Part shown: piece after piece, positions 1 to 11,354 of the stretch | How positions within the stretch are numbered: the stretch's first letter is position 1 | Layout of the letters: each line of letters starts with the position of its first letter | Source: an uncultured Nitrososphaeraceae archaeon | Lineage (GTDB): Archaea > Thermoproteota > Nitrososphaeria > Nitrososphaerales > Nitrososphaeraceae | Direction: 5' to 3' | Length of the DNA: 64,000 nt | Assembly: GCA_963729045.1 (NCBI GenBank) | Contig: CAVSMN010000016.1 | Location: forward strand, 60,686-124,685 | The notes under the pieces: model-generated | Database searches by the model: none | The model's input: only the letters and a program-made list of their open reading frames with translations | What the model was told of the DNA's origin: nothing | Program-made: the position numbers and the translations under genes

Positions 1-188
1 CGGTTTATTTCAGCATATTTTGGGATACTAGGTAATTTGTACTGAGAGGATTTTGATTTTATTAGCTTATTGATCTCACTTAAATTCATTAAATTACTAT
101 TATCCTTCCTAGATAAGATATCATTAGCTATTTCTTTGCATATCTGCTGATATTGGTTAATCATCTTTAGCATTATATCGAGACGCAT
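1..188 (-). CDS. elp3: 5' part of a probable Elp3-family radical-SAM tRNA uridine(34) acetyltransferase (runs off the window edge)
   Basis: Manual translation MRLDIMLKMINQYQQICKEIANDILSRKD...SSQYKLPSIPKYAEI resembles the archaeal Elp3 N-terminus (CxEIA...KYxLxxIP). Alternative ATGs at 173 and 164. Catalytic motifs lie outside the window. Confidence 0.55.
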   Translation of the reverse strand, partial: MRLDIMLKMINQYQQICKEIANDILSRKDNSNLMNLSEINKLIKSKSSQYKLPSIPKYAEIN

Positions 189-553
189 TTACAAACAATC
201 TAGCGAATGTCCCTCTGAAAATCTATCTATTACCTCGACTAAATATCTCTTCCTACTTTTTATGAAAAATTTTCCTTTAATTTGCAAGAAATTATGCTCA
301 TACCCTGGAGGAGTGGCAAGAGAAAATCTAGGTGCAAATTTATTAAAAAAACCAGTATATTTCCTAATTTCTGTCTACTATCTAATCAGGGTCCAAAATC
401 ACAGGCTAAAATGGCAAATTATTTGAAAATCATTTCGATATATTTAATTCTCTAATCAAAATAATGAAACTAGGTTACTATAGAGGTAATACTGTTTATT
501 AATTGTTCAATCTACTAGTATTTACTAAGCCGATTTTCAAAATCAAACAAGAT

Positions 554-1679
554 TTAACAAATATAATGGGACAATAAATATTTTTTATTTATATTTGGAC
601 TGCTATCGTTTCCCTTATCATTTGATGATTTAATAAATGAATTACCCTTTCCATTTCTCCTAATACTCCCAATTATGCTGGCTTTCATTCTTTCAATATT
701 AATGGTATCAATTATTTCATCCGCTGATTCTCTTGCTGCAATAATACAAAATCCTATTCCCATATTAAAGGTCCTATACATTTCCCTTTCTGAAATATTC
801 CCATCCGCCATAATTTGTTTAAATATCCCATCAATAGCAGGCAAATTATCTAAAGCATAATCAACACGTTTATTCAATCTTTTTAGCTTTGTAAATGCAC
901 CTCCTGTGATATGCGCAAGCCCATGTATTCTTGTTCCAAATTTTTCTACGATTTTTAGGATAACATTTGAATATATAGCAGTAGGTGTTAACAGTTCAGC
1001 TCCTATTGATTTATTAATAAAATCAGGCTTATCGTTAATACTATGCTGTTTTAACAAGACTTCTCTTGCTAGCGTTAATCCATTAGAATGGATTCCAGAA
1101 CTCTTTATTCCTATTATTACGTCACCGGGTCGAATATTGTCCCCGAGTATCATTTTCTTCTTATTTTCTAATATCCCAAGAACCATTCCTGCAAGGTCAA
1201 AATTATGGTCTTTTTTTTGTCCAGTAATAATATCTGCAAGTATAGCTGTTTCCCCTCCAACTATTGCTATTTTTGACATATTAGCTCCCTTGACCAGGCC
1301 CTTAGTAATCTCCTTTAATAAATTATCATTAGTTTTTTCCAGAGCGACATAAGAAAGATATCCTACAGGAGTAGCTCCTAAACAAACGGTGTCATTAACA
1401 TTCATAGCTATACAGTCGATACCAATTGTATTGTACTTATTCATGGCTTGAGCCACCAAAATCTTTGATCCCACGCCATCGGTGTGCAATGTCATTATAT
1501 TTTTATTGAATTCGATGAGTCCGGCATAGTGACCAAATCCAGAAATTACTTTACCTTTTTTTGGTAAAAGATGAGGTACTCATAATACTTTTCCCAATAG
1601 AATTTTGGATTGACTTTATTTTGTCAACGTCTATCCCAACATCACTATATTTGACATTGTTCTTGCTTGAGGACTTCAA
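554..1679 (-). CDS. purM: Phosphoribosylformylglycinamidine cyclo-ligase (AIR synthetase); one +1 indel near 1576
   Basis: HTDGVGSK, GIDCIAMNVND, GGETA, SSGIHSNG, HITGG and TFNMGIG motifs. The N-terminus (TTG 1679, YSDVGIDVD) lies in another frame and joins by removing one base. Confidence 0.95.
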
Positions 1680-1750
1680 CGATATGAATTAGAGAAATTT
1701 GATGGTCCTTATAAATTTAAGAGCATGATATTTTCTAAACGAATTTAATA

Positions 1751-2938
1751 TTATGAAGTTGGTGGATTTTGAGTTTTCCTATTAATAAGACTAACATATT
1801 CACAACCCATCGGACCACAATATCTACCAACATATACTGCCTTTGGCCTATAAAGAGCTGGCTTTGGAGCAGCCTCAGCAAATTTCTCTTCAATAATATG
1901 AGCATTCCATCCCGCTATTCTTGATATAGCAAATATCGGTGTATTTAGATCAATAGGAATTCCCAAAGTATAGTATAATGAGGCACTATACAAATCAACA
2001 TTTGGATAAATCAGCATTTTCTTTGTCTGATACATGATTCTCTTTGTGACTTCTTCAATTTTTTCGGTTATATCATACCATTTTGAATCTTTTTCTTTGG
2101 AAATAGCCCTAGATAGAGTTGCAAGGACTTCTGACCTTGGATCAGTTGTTCTATACACTGCATGGCCCATCCCCATGACTCTTGCACCTTTTGCGAGCCT
2201 TTCTTGGACCCATTTATCAACATTATTTACATCGCCAATTTCAAGCAACATCTTCATCACTTGAATATTAGCTCCGCCATGGAGCTCCCCAGACAATGCA
2301 CCCACCGCACCACCTATGCTTGCATATATACTTGCACGCGTTGATGCTATTTCCCGAGCAGCAAAAGTTGAGGCATTAAAACTATGTTCAGCGTGTAATA
2401 TTAAACTGATATCAAATATTTTAGATATTTCATGCTTCGGGTGTTCTCCTCTTAGCATATATAAAAAATTATGTGCATGAGAATTATCATCTAGTGGCTC
2501 TACGACATCTTTGTTATTTCTGACCCTATCCCATGCAGCAACTATAGTAGGGATCTTTGCGATTAATGATATAGCCCTTTCAATATTTGCATTTTTCCCT
2601 TCATCTAGCCTGTTGCGGTCATAATCCGCCAAGTCTAATATGGAAGATTGTAATACATCCATTGGATGTGCTGTAACAGGTTTATTTTTCATATTCTTGG
2701 TAACTGAATCAGGAATTCTTCGTGACTCAGTCAATTTTGAGTTGAAATCATCAAGTTCCTCTTTTATAGGTAAATCTCCAAATAGCAAGAGGAACGCTGT
2801 TTCTTCATAAGTGGAATGATTGGCTAGGTCAAGTATGTCATAACCCCTATAGATTAATTTTCCATTTTCACCATCGATAGAACATATTTTTGTGTCCGCT
2901 ACTTCGATATTCCTTAAACCTATATTGCGTGTATCCAA
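1751..2938 (-). CDS. gltA: Citrate synthase
   Basis: LHAEHSFNAST, LHGGAN, GMGHAVY and YPNVD motifs. Confidence 0.96.
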   Translation of the reverse strand: MDTRNIGLRNIEVADTKICSIDGENGKLIYRGYDILDLANHSTYEETAFLLLFGDLPIKEELDDFNSKLTESRRIPDSVTKNMKNKPVTAHPMDVLQSSILDLADYDRNRLDEGKNANIERAISLIAKIPTIVAAWDRVRNNKDVVEPLDDNSHAHNFLYMLRGEHPKHEISKIFDISLILHAEHSFNASTFAAREIASTRASIYASIGGAVGALSGELHGGANIQVMKMLLEIGDVNNVDKWVQERLAKGARVMGMGHAVYRTTDPRSEVLATLSRAISKEKDSKWYDITEKIEEVTKRIMYQTKKMLIYPNVDLYSASLYYTLGIPIDLNTPIFAISRIAGWNAHIIEEKFAEAAPKPALYRPKAVYVGRYCGPMGCEYVSLINRKTQNPPTS

Positions 2939-3076
2939 TGACCTAAATTCTAATATTGATCCTGCATATTAAAATAATTCTATTAATTCAAAGCAGGTTT
3001 TTTTCTGATGGAATTTCATAATTGCTGTATAATCTGAGAATAATAACATGACAAAATTAATATAATATTTATAATA

Positions 3077-3878
3077 ATGACTTCAAATTCGATGAACTTT
3101 GAATCAATAAGCCAGGAAATCATGAATTTCATAAAAAAAGAAACAGAATCTAGAAAATCAAACGGAGTAGTTTTGGGAATCTCTGGAGGTATAGATTCCA
3201 CAGTGCTTGCATTTTTAGCAACAAGAGCGATTGGGCCAGAAAATGTAAAGGGATTGATATTACCAGATGAAACTGTAACCCCAGCAAAGGATATCGAAGA
3301 TGCTATTAGAATATGTTCGAATTTTGAAAATTGATAGTGAAAAAATTTACATAAACAAACCCAAAAATAGTTTCTTAGAAATAATTAAACACACTGATAA
3401 TATGCTGTTGACCGGAAACCTGGTCGCTAGAGTCAGAATGTGTATGTTGTATTATTACTCGGGTTTAATGGGAAGGCTGGTATTAGGATCATCAAATAAG
3501 ACCGAACTAATGCTTGGTTATTTTACAAAATTCGGAGATGGGGCTGCCGATTTACTTCCCCTAGGAGACTTATATAAGACCCAATTGTTAGGTTTAGCAA
3601 AGTATCTTGAAATTCCTGGCTCAGTAATAGACAAAAAGAGCAGCGCAAGATTATGGGCCAACCAATTCACCGAAGACGAACTGGGTTTGCCATTCATCCA
3701 ACTAGATAAAATACTTCAATTCTTTGAGTCATCTAATAATTTACACTATGACATACAAGCTATCATCAAATGAATTTCCAGGATTGTCAATAGAGATTAT
3801 TCGAAGAGGTTCAGTTACAGGATGAAAAATAATCAGCATAAATTAACATTTCCACCTGTTTGTAAAATTTCAAAGTGA
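3077..3878 (+). CDS. nadE: NH3-dependent NAD+ synthetase; split by about four +1 indels (near 3317, 3769, 3800, 3815)
   Basis: [20 protein letters not shown] and LYKTQ motifs. The conserved NxHK tail (NNQHK) is found just before TGA 3876-3878. Confidence 0.93.
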
Positions 3879-3925
3879 AACCAGGAATGGAGATGCATAA
3901 TTTTTGATAAATCAACCATATCACT

Positions 3926-3933
3926 TTTAAATA
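3926..3933 (+). promoter_or_regulatory. Archaeal TATA box for a likely leaderless aroA' transcript
   Basis: TTTAAATA ends about 23 nt upstream of ATG 3956. Confidence 0.55.
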
Positions 3934-3955
3934 GGTTTATAATTTTTCTTGTATT

Positions 3956-4747
3956 ATGGTCCTTGGGAAAGAAATCCGGCTAAATCGTATATTGAAAAAG
4001 GGAAAAATGTTGTGTATCCCGCTGGATCACGGAATAAGCAGTGGCCCATTAAAGGGCATTCAAAATATAACTGAACTGATAAACCAGACCCAGGATTCTG
4101 GTTTAACTTGTTTTCTCGTAAATAAAGGGATTATAAAATCTCTCCCTGCGCCACCCTCCATAGGATTAATTGCCCACATGTCAGCTGCAACTTCCCTTGG
4201 TCCAGATCCAAACAACAAGATCTTGATGGGCTCGGTGAAAGAAGCAATAAGGTTAGGTGCCGATGCTGTTTCTTTGCATATTAATATTGGCTCCAAAGAG
4301 GAGCCTAGCATGCTCTATAAGTTGGGCCAAGTGTCTGATGAATGTAATGAATGGAATATCCCATTAATCGCGATGATGTATCCTCGGGGAGACAATATTC
4401 CAAACCCCCACGATCCGACTATAGTTGCTCATACAGCTCGAATAGGTGCTGAAGCAGGTGCTGATATAGTAAAGACTGTTTACACAGGTGACATAGATTC
4501 CTTTAAAGAAGTCATAAAATCATGTCCTGTGCCAATTGTAATTGCAGGTGGACCAAAAGCAAATACGGACCTTGAAATATTACAAATGTGTAATGATGCG
4601 ATGAAGGCAGGAGCGATTGGCGTAACTTTTGGCAGAAATATTTTTCAGCATGATAATCCAAATGAAATAATAAAAGCTTTGCATGCTATTATTATAGAGA
4701 ACAAGCACTATGGCAGAATCAAATCCAAGAAAGGCGGAAGAAAGTAA
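3956..4747 (+). CDS. aroA': 2-amino-3,7-dideoxy-D-threo-hept-6-ulosonate (ADH) synthase, DhnA-type class I aldolase
   Basis: PLDHG, MYPRG, GADIVKT and FGRNIFQ motifs; overlaps the DHQ synthase II gene. Confidence 0.92.
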   Translation: MVLGKEIRLNRILKKGKMLCIPLDHGISSGPLKGIQNITELINQTQDSGLTCFLVNKGIIKSLPAPPSIGLIAHMSAATSLGPDPNNKILMGSVKEAIRLGADAVSLHINIGSKEEPSMLYKLGQVSDECNEWNIPLIAMMYPRGDNIPNPHDPTIVAHTARIGAEAGADIVKTVYTGDIDSFKEVIKSCPVPIVIAGGPKANTDLEILQMCNDAMKAGAIGVTFGRNIFQHDNPNEIIKALHAIIIENKHYGRIKSKKGGRK

Positions 4748-5898
4748 GAATAAACAAAAAGCCAAGAAAATAATATTAAAACCATTATTCTATTCTAATT
4801 CTGATCTTTCTAGTATCCCTGAATTAGGTGGAAGAAATGAATTTGATGAATTTGCTAGTTTTATTACCAGGATAAAAGACAAAATTGATTTGATTTATAT
4901 CGATCCTTCATGAGGAGCTTGAAGGACTGGACCAAAATTCAACTAAAATTAAAACTATTTTTAATTCCAAGGATGCGGATTATATGATTGTTGAATCAGA
5001 GCAACGGCTTGACCAAATCAACTCAGGAAATCTGACTAGAGGCAGGAAAACTGGAGTTTACAAAAAGGTTACCAGCAATCAGGATATAGATGAAATGAAG
5101 CGTTTAATAGATAAATTTCATTTGTCATTTGTTATAATAGACTTGGATGATTGGAGGATAATACCACTTGAAAATGTTATAGCTTCTCTCCAAAATACCG
5201 GGGCCGAAATATTCGCTGTCGCAAAATCCATAGAGGAAGTCGAAACTCTATTCACCGTTTTAGAATTGGGGGTAGACGGAGTACTAATGTCAACAAATAG
5301 CGAAGAGGAAATAGTTAGAGCAAGAAATATCATCAAGAAATCTTCGTTTCAAATAAAAATTGCAGAAATAAGAGAAGTACAGGAGGTGGGAATGGGAGAA
5401 AGAGTGTGCATAGATACGGTATCTATGCTGGCCGAGGGGGAGGGAATGCTGGTTGGAAACAAGTCGAATTTTTTGTTCCTAATCCACAACGAATCAATAG
5501 GTTCATCTTTTACATCACCTCGTCCTTTTAGAGTGAACGCTGGTGCAGTACATTGTTACACTATAACTCCAGATGGAACAACAAAGTATTTGTCTGAACT
5601 TGAATCTGGAAGTCAGGTATTAATAGTGAACACCAAAGGGGAGGCTCGAATGGTCGGCGTTGGGAGAGCTAAAATAGAATCTCGACCGTTACGACTATTT
5701 AGAGCAGCAATCAATGATGATGAAATGGGAACCATTATAGTTCAAAATGCTGAAACTATCAGATTTTTGAATGAGAGAGGTCAAATATTACCAGTCACTC
5801 ATGCAAAACGCGGTGATAAGATATTGGTATTTTCCATTCCATCCGTAGGTAGACATTTCGGCATGGAGGTTTCAAACGAATACATCCTCGAGAAATGA
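4710..5898 (+). CDS. aroB': 3-dehydroquinate synthase II; +1 indel near 4907
   Basis: WRIIPLEN, GERVCIDT, RPFRVNAGAVH, QNAETIR and GRHFG motifs. ORFs 4710-4913 and 4984-5898 join by removing one T. Confidence 0.93.
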
Positions 5899-5992
5899 TA
5901 AAACAGGTTTGTGATATTTGTTAAATGTTTTTATCAATCAGTATAAATTTTTAGAGTAATGTGATTATGGACCTTGTCCAAAATCAGAATTT

Positions 5993-6869
5993 GTGCTAAT
6001 CAGGTCCGAATCTCTATACGATAAAATTTTACTAGGAAACTGTGAAAAGATATTAAAAAATGTTCCCTCTGGAAGTATCCAGTTGACTGTGACCTCTCCT
6101 CCTTATGGGAATGCCATAGACTATGATTTACACACCTCAAAAAAAAATACAGAGTATTATAGAGGGATTCAAAAGGTCAGTTTGGATGAATATTTAGAAA
6201 ACATGGTTACTATTTTTAATGACCAGGTATATCGCGTAACCAAGGAAGGTGGTTATTGCTGTATTGTAATCGCTAACGAAGTTGTTAATGGGACATTAAT
6301 CCCATTGCCCCATTTGTTACTTTCCAGATTAGTGACACCAGGGGGAAACTGGAGTCTTCATGAAGAAATAATTTGGCACAAAGTAACTGGAGGAACTAAT
6401 AGGTATGGTTCTTTTGTCATAAACCCATATCCAAAATACTATAGGGCAAATATTATGCATGAGTTCATTTTAGTATTAAGAAAGGGTGACGTGAAGAGCG
6501 GCAGGAATCAAAGAAGAGAAATCCTACCGGCTACACATGAGGAGTGGACCAAAGAGATAGCAAATTCCGTATGGCATATAGCTCCGGTACCCCCAGGTTA
6601 TATCGAACATCCATGTCCTTTTCCCGAGGAAATACCTTATCGTTTACTCAAAATTTACTCTTATAATGGAGACATAGTGCTTGATCCATTTAATGGAAGT
6701 GGTCAAACTACAAAGGTGGCCTACAATCTTGATAGACATTTTCTTGGGATAGATATTAAGCAGGAATATGTCGACTTGGCAAAAAAAAGAATCATTGAAC
6801 GAGGATTTACATATTAGACCTGAAGCCCTCATAGCAAATTGGAAAAAAATAGCATCGCATGTTGTATAG
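5993..6869 (+). CDS. Beta-class N4-cytosine/N6-adenine DNA methyltransferase (orphan); probable +1 indel near 6795
   Basis: TSPPY (motif IV) precedes HPCPFP and DPFNGSG (motif I). The called ORF stops at 6817, but a shifted frame continues HIRPEALIANWKKI to TAG 6869. Confidence 0.88.
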
Positions 6870-6972
6870 ATTTAAAACAAAAAGGATAATTTCATGATTA
6901 GAGCTTTTTCAACAGGTTAGATTAAGTATAGTTTATATTTTTTACTTTTTTTTGTACAAGAGTCTAAGGTAA

Positions 6973-7761
6973 ATGGCACATGGCGATATGCTATTCATTG
7001 ATCATGTAAAAGAACTACGAAATCGATTTCTAAGGATTTTAATTATTACCATAGCAATAATGATTACATGTACAGTTTTTGGCATTCACCTGGTGACTGT
7101 GAATAATTATTCCTTTTATTTCTTAGTCCCGACGGTCTATAATAATATCGCAAGTCAGGTGACTTTATTCCTAAGCAACAACCTGATCCCGCATGGTGTC
7201 GATTTGATTCAAACAGCGCCAGGACAAGCCCTTTACGCGCAAATCTATGTTGCAATTCTGATTTCAGTATCTTGTTCAATCCCTTTGATTGTTAGAGAAG
7301 TTTTTGGATTCATCAGCCCTGCGATGTCTTTTAAAAGTAGAGAAAAAGCCTTCTTGATATATCTACTACCGACATCAGTTCTTTTCATAAGCGGAATGGC
7401 TTTCTCTTTTTATTTGGCCATTCCAATCACTCTAACTTTCTTGTATGAATATGGACAAACAATTGGTGTCCTTACATTTCTAAACATCTCGGATTTCATT
7501 AATTTTGTCCTACAGTTTTTTATAGCATTTGGGATCTCCTTTCAATTACCACTGGTTATGTTTATCCTATCAGCAAGTGGTCTTGTAAGTTTACAATTTT
7601 GGATAAAGAATCTTAAGTATGCATTGCTGATAATGATCATCTTTGGTGCGGTAATAACTCCTGATGGTAGTGGAATAACGATGTGGTGTATCACAGGACC
7701 AATGTTGGCTCTTTATCTAATTGGGATAGCAATAATAAGATTAAAAGAGATTTACAAATAA
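6973..7761 (+). CDS. tatC: Twin-arginine translocase subunit TatC
   Basis: HVKELRNR, FISPA, FQLP and AVITPD motifs; multiple hydrophobic segments. Confidence 0.95.
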   Translation: MAHGDMLFIDHVKELRNRFLRILIITIAIMITCTVFGIHLVTVNNYSFYFLVPTVYNNIASQVTLFLSNNLIPHGVDLIQTAPGQALYAQIYVAILISVSCSIPLIVREVFGFISPAMSFKSREKAFLIYLLPTSVLFISGMAFSFYLAIPITLTFLYEYGQTIGVLTFLNISDFINFVLQFFIAFGISFQLPLVMFILSASGLVSLQFWIKNLKYALLIMIIFGAVITPDGSGITMWCITGPMLALYLIGIAIIRLKEIYK

Positions 7762-7843
7762 GAGATTCTTCAAGCCTTATCTAAAACATATGATTACTGA
7801 GAAAGACATAAAGTTATCATGCTAGTTCTTTAATTATCTAAAC

Positions 7844-8566
7844 TTGTCTATCAATAGAAAATTATGTGCATCGATTCCTGTTACGAAGGACTTTGATGAC
7901 AGCAAAGATTTGACATTAACCGTAAATAAAATAGATGAGGCATTAAACAAGGGAGCAGATATAATTGAGTGCCGATTCGATTACCTTAGTAGTTTCGAAA
8001 ACTTAGATCATTATCTAGATATTTTGTCAACATATCAGGACAAATGCATTTATACAATCAGACCAGAGAATGAAGGTGGAAAATTTTCTAATGATACTAA
8101 AAAAAGAGCTGAAATAATATGCAAATTTATTCATAGAAAACCACTCTTTGTAGATATAGAATACAAATTAATTTCAAGTAACGACTTTATTGCTGATCTG
8201 GTTGAAAATGAAAATACTAGAATTCTAGTAAGTTGGCATGATTTTTCTCATACTCCTGAAATTGATCACCTTTTAGAACAAGTAAAAAATATGCAAATTT
8301 ACAGCCCATTTGTAAAAATAGTTACTACCGCAACATCCATAGACGACTCGATCAAGATTTTAAGTATTTATCAATCAATTGATACTCATGTTAAATTGAT
8401 CGCTTTCGCAATGGGTGAAATGGGAATATTAAGTAGAATTTTTTGCACTATGGTGGGGGATGCCCCCTTTACTTATGCGTCCATTGGCACTGCCTTGGCC
8501 CCAGGTCAATTGTCAGTAAACCAAATGAAATCAATTTATGATTTGTTTAAAAACAAACTGGATTGA
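7844..8566 (+). CDS. aroD: Type I 3-dehydroquinate dehydratase
   Basis: ECRFD, TIRPxxEGG, SWHDF, AMGxxGxxSR and APGQ motifs. Confidence 0.94.
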   Translation: MSINRKLCASIPVTKDFDDSKDLTLTVNKIDEALNKGADIIECRFDYLSSFENLDHYLDILSTYQDKCIYTIRPENEGGKFSNDTKKRAEIICKFIHRKPLFVDIEYKLISSNDFIADLVENENTRILVSWHDFSHTPEIDHLLEQVKNMQIYSPFVKIVTTATSIDDSIKILSIYQSIDTHVKLIAFAMGEMGILSRIFCTMVGDAPFTYASIGTALAPGQLSVNQMKSIYDLFKNKLD

Positions 8567-9101
8567 TAAAGAATTACGGTATATTAGAAATTTTCTTTTA
8601 TCAATTTCCTATTTTTCCATTTTACATGTTTTTAACTTGCAAAATGCACAGTTATGGATATCGTTCTACAACTAGCTATAGTTTTCATAAATGGTTTCAT
8701 TAACCCTTGAATTACCGTAACAAATTAGAATCAAGAGAAATCAAAAACCTAATTTTTCAAAAAAGCATTAGAGAATAAATATCATTCTGGCGATGCTTTA
8801 GATTTTTTTGATGTAGAAAGAAAATAATCGATCAAAAGAATTACACCTTGTCCAACATATAGGACAAAAATAAAATTGCTGGTTATCGCCACCTGCTAAC
8901 ACTCTTTTATAGCTCAAAATAGCAAATTACAATTCCTAATTAAATTAATCATTTCATTTAATGGTGCTAAGAAGAGAATACAAGATATGTTAAATTGAAA
9001 AATGACTAAAAAAAGTTCTGCAAGAATTAATAGAGTGAAAAGATGATTAGGATATTGTGCTTTAGAATAAATATGCTTTAAAAACTATTCTGATTAGAGT
9101 C

Positions 9102-9998
9102 ATGAGTAGTCCTAGTGTGGATACATCTAATCGACAAGTAGCCGTAGATAAATCTTCAAAGACTTTTTGTATTATAGGAGATCCAGTGGAACATTCATTG
9201 TCCCCATTAATGCATAATGCTGCGTTTAAGTATCTGAATCTAAATTATTCATATATTGCGTTTAAGGTAAAAGTAAACGAATTGAAAGAATCTGTGGAAT
9301 CATTACGCGATATTAATGTAGCCGGGTTCAACGTCACCATTCCACACAAGGTAGAAATCATAAAATATATTGACAAGTTAAGTGATGATGCTTCACTGGC
9401 TGGGGCAGTCAATACTGTCAAAAACGAAGATGGAATTTTTGTGGGCTACAACACAGATATTTACGGATTAATGGCCCCAATAGAAGAAAGATTATCAAAT
9501 TTTGATGGTGCAGAAATCTTAATTCTTGGAGCGGGAGGATCAAGTAGGGCTGCCCTAGTGGGGTTATCCAGAAAAAAAGGCATAAAGTCAGTATATATCG
9601 TAAATAGAGATCAACAAAAACTGTCAAAAGTCATTGAATTGGGCAACACCTTGGGATTAAGTTGTATTCCCATGGAGTATTCAGATCATAAAAAACTATC
9701 TGAAATTTCCTCGCATTGTGAATTGATTATTAACACTACTTCAGTAGGTCTTAAAAATGAAAAAAGTCTATTAAGTTCAGAATCTGTGGGTAATGGATCA
9801 ATAGTTTTTGACATAATTTACAAACCAATTATGACTGATTTATTAGAGTGTGCAAAGAGCGCCAATGCAAAGGTAATATTTGGATACGAAATGTTACTAA
9901 ACCAAGGTTATAAATCATTTGAAATATGGACAGGATTGAATGCACCAAGGGAAGTTATGAGAAAGGCATTACTTGGTATATTTGGTGAACCAAATTAA
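9102..9998 (+). CDS. aroE: Shikimate dehydrogenase
   Basis: HSLSP, NVTIPHK, GAVNT, NTD and GAGG motifs. Confidence 0.96.
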   Translation: MSSPSVDTSNRQVAVDKSSKTFCIIGDPVEHSLSPLMHNAAFKYLNLNYSYIAFKVKVNELKESVESLRDINVAGFNVTIPHKVEIIKYIDKLSDDASLAGAVNTVKNEDGIFVGYNTDIYGLMAPIEERLSNFDGAEILILGAGGSSRAALVGLSRKKGIKSVYIVNRDQQKLSKVIELGNTLGLSCIPMEYSDHKKLSEISSHCELIINTTSVGLKNEKSLLSSESVGNGSIVFDIIYKPIMTDLLECAKSANAKVIFGYEMLLNQGYKSFEIWTGLNAPREVMRKALLGIFGEPN

Positions 9999-9999
9999 G

Positions 10000-10845
10000 A
10001 TGAAAAATTCTTCTGCTTCTGTTACTATGTTTGGTGCCGTATCTATTGTAAATGCCATTGCAACAGGAAAGGGCTGTACATTTGGTATTTCGCAAAAAGT
10101 CAGGGTAAAAATATCACTTGAGCAAGGACATCATGGAATATCCAGAAATTTTGTAAATGATAAACTGGCAAATAAAATTATCAGGAGTATACTACCAGCT
10201 AGCATCATAAAAAATCATTTTATATCAATCAACCTTGTTTCTGAAATACCTGCTGGTTGGGGCTTGAAGAGCTCTAGTGCGGTCTCAAATGCTATATCCC
10301 TTGCATGTTACAAGTTATTGGATGATCAGATCTATGACAGAGCTGTATTAAGCACCGCAGTCAATTCGTCTTTATGGGCAAAGGTGAGCATGACTGGGGC
10401 ATTTGACGATGCATGTGCTTGCTACTATGGTGGGGTAATCTTGACTGATAATCATTATAAGAAAATAATAAAAAGGGACGTGGTAAATAACGATCTTGCT
10501 GTGGTTATTTATCTACCTGCAGGCGTTGCTAGAGGTGAAGTTCCTAAGTTAAGAATTCATAAAGACTTGTTCAACCACGCCTTTAGACTGGCCCTGAAAG
10601 GAGATTATTGGAAAGCAATGAATCTCAACGGTGTCCTAGTAAACTCAGTACTATACAACAATTACGCACCAATGATTAATGCCTTCGAAAATCACTGTTT
10701 AGGCATTAGTCATTCGGGAAATGGACCAGCGATTGCTGCGATATTGTACAAGGATAATGTTGAAAATTTAGTGAATTCGATGGAAAAATTTGATGGAAAA
10801 ATAATCTTAGCAAAAGTCAACAACACCAAAGCGACAGTTGAATAA
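10000..10845 (+). CDS. aroK: Archaeal (GHMP-family) shikimate kinase
   Basis: SIVNAIA, GLKSSSA, TGAFDDA and SGNGP motifs; ATG 10000 follows the aroE stop. Confidence 0.93.
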   Translation: MKNSSASVTMFGAVSIVNAIATGKGCTFGISQKVRVKISLEQGHHGISRNFVNDKLANKIIRSILPASIIKNHFISINLVSEIPAGWGLKSSSAVSNAISLACYKLLDDQIYDRAVLSTAVNSSLWAKVSMTGAFDDACACYYGGVILTDNHYKKIIKRDVVNNDLAVVIYLPAGVARGEVPKLRIHKDLFNHAFRLALKGDYWKAMNLNGVLVNSVLYNNYAPMINAFENHCLGISHSGNGPAIAAILYKDNVENLVNSMEKFDGKIILAKVNNTKATVE

Positions 10846-11354
10846 TAATATTTGATATTGTATTTAGATCTAGATTCGAGGTCTTGAGTAGTGCTGAATG
10901 GCCTATTTGACAGATTGCAAGTACAACCGATTCAATAAACTAGCCATATATACTGGTGGTATTACTACAGCAAAGGAAAGTAAAATTATTTGAACCTAAT
11001 TGAGTTGAATTTGTATTTAGAAAACAACCAGACGGGCAAGCAAAGGAGATATTCTTTAGCACATCTTTCTTAAGAACAAATTAGAGGATTATTCAACTCA
11101 TTGCTTTCTAAAAAGATAGGTATTTGAGGATAGATTATTCGATTAAATCAGAATTCAAATCCGTGTTATATGCAAACAAGATGAATCATTACTACCAGAT
11201 CCTTGATAACTGGAAGTAAACCGACCCTGGCATATTATTTAAAATGGTCAAGGTCTCAATATATCCATAATAACCTAGGGAATGTATGAGCTTGGCCATT
11301 AACAATAGCAATATTGATATTAATTTTCTGTGAATAAGATAGCAGGTCATTTAG

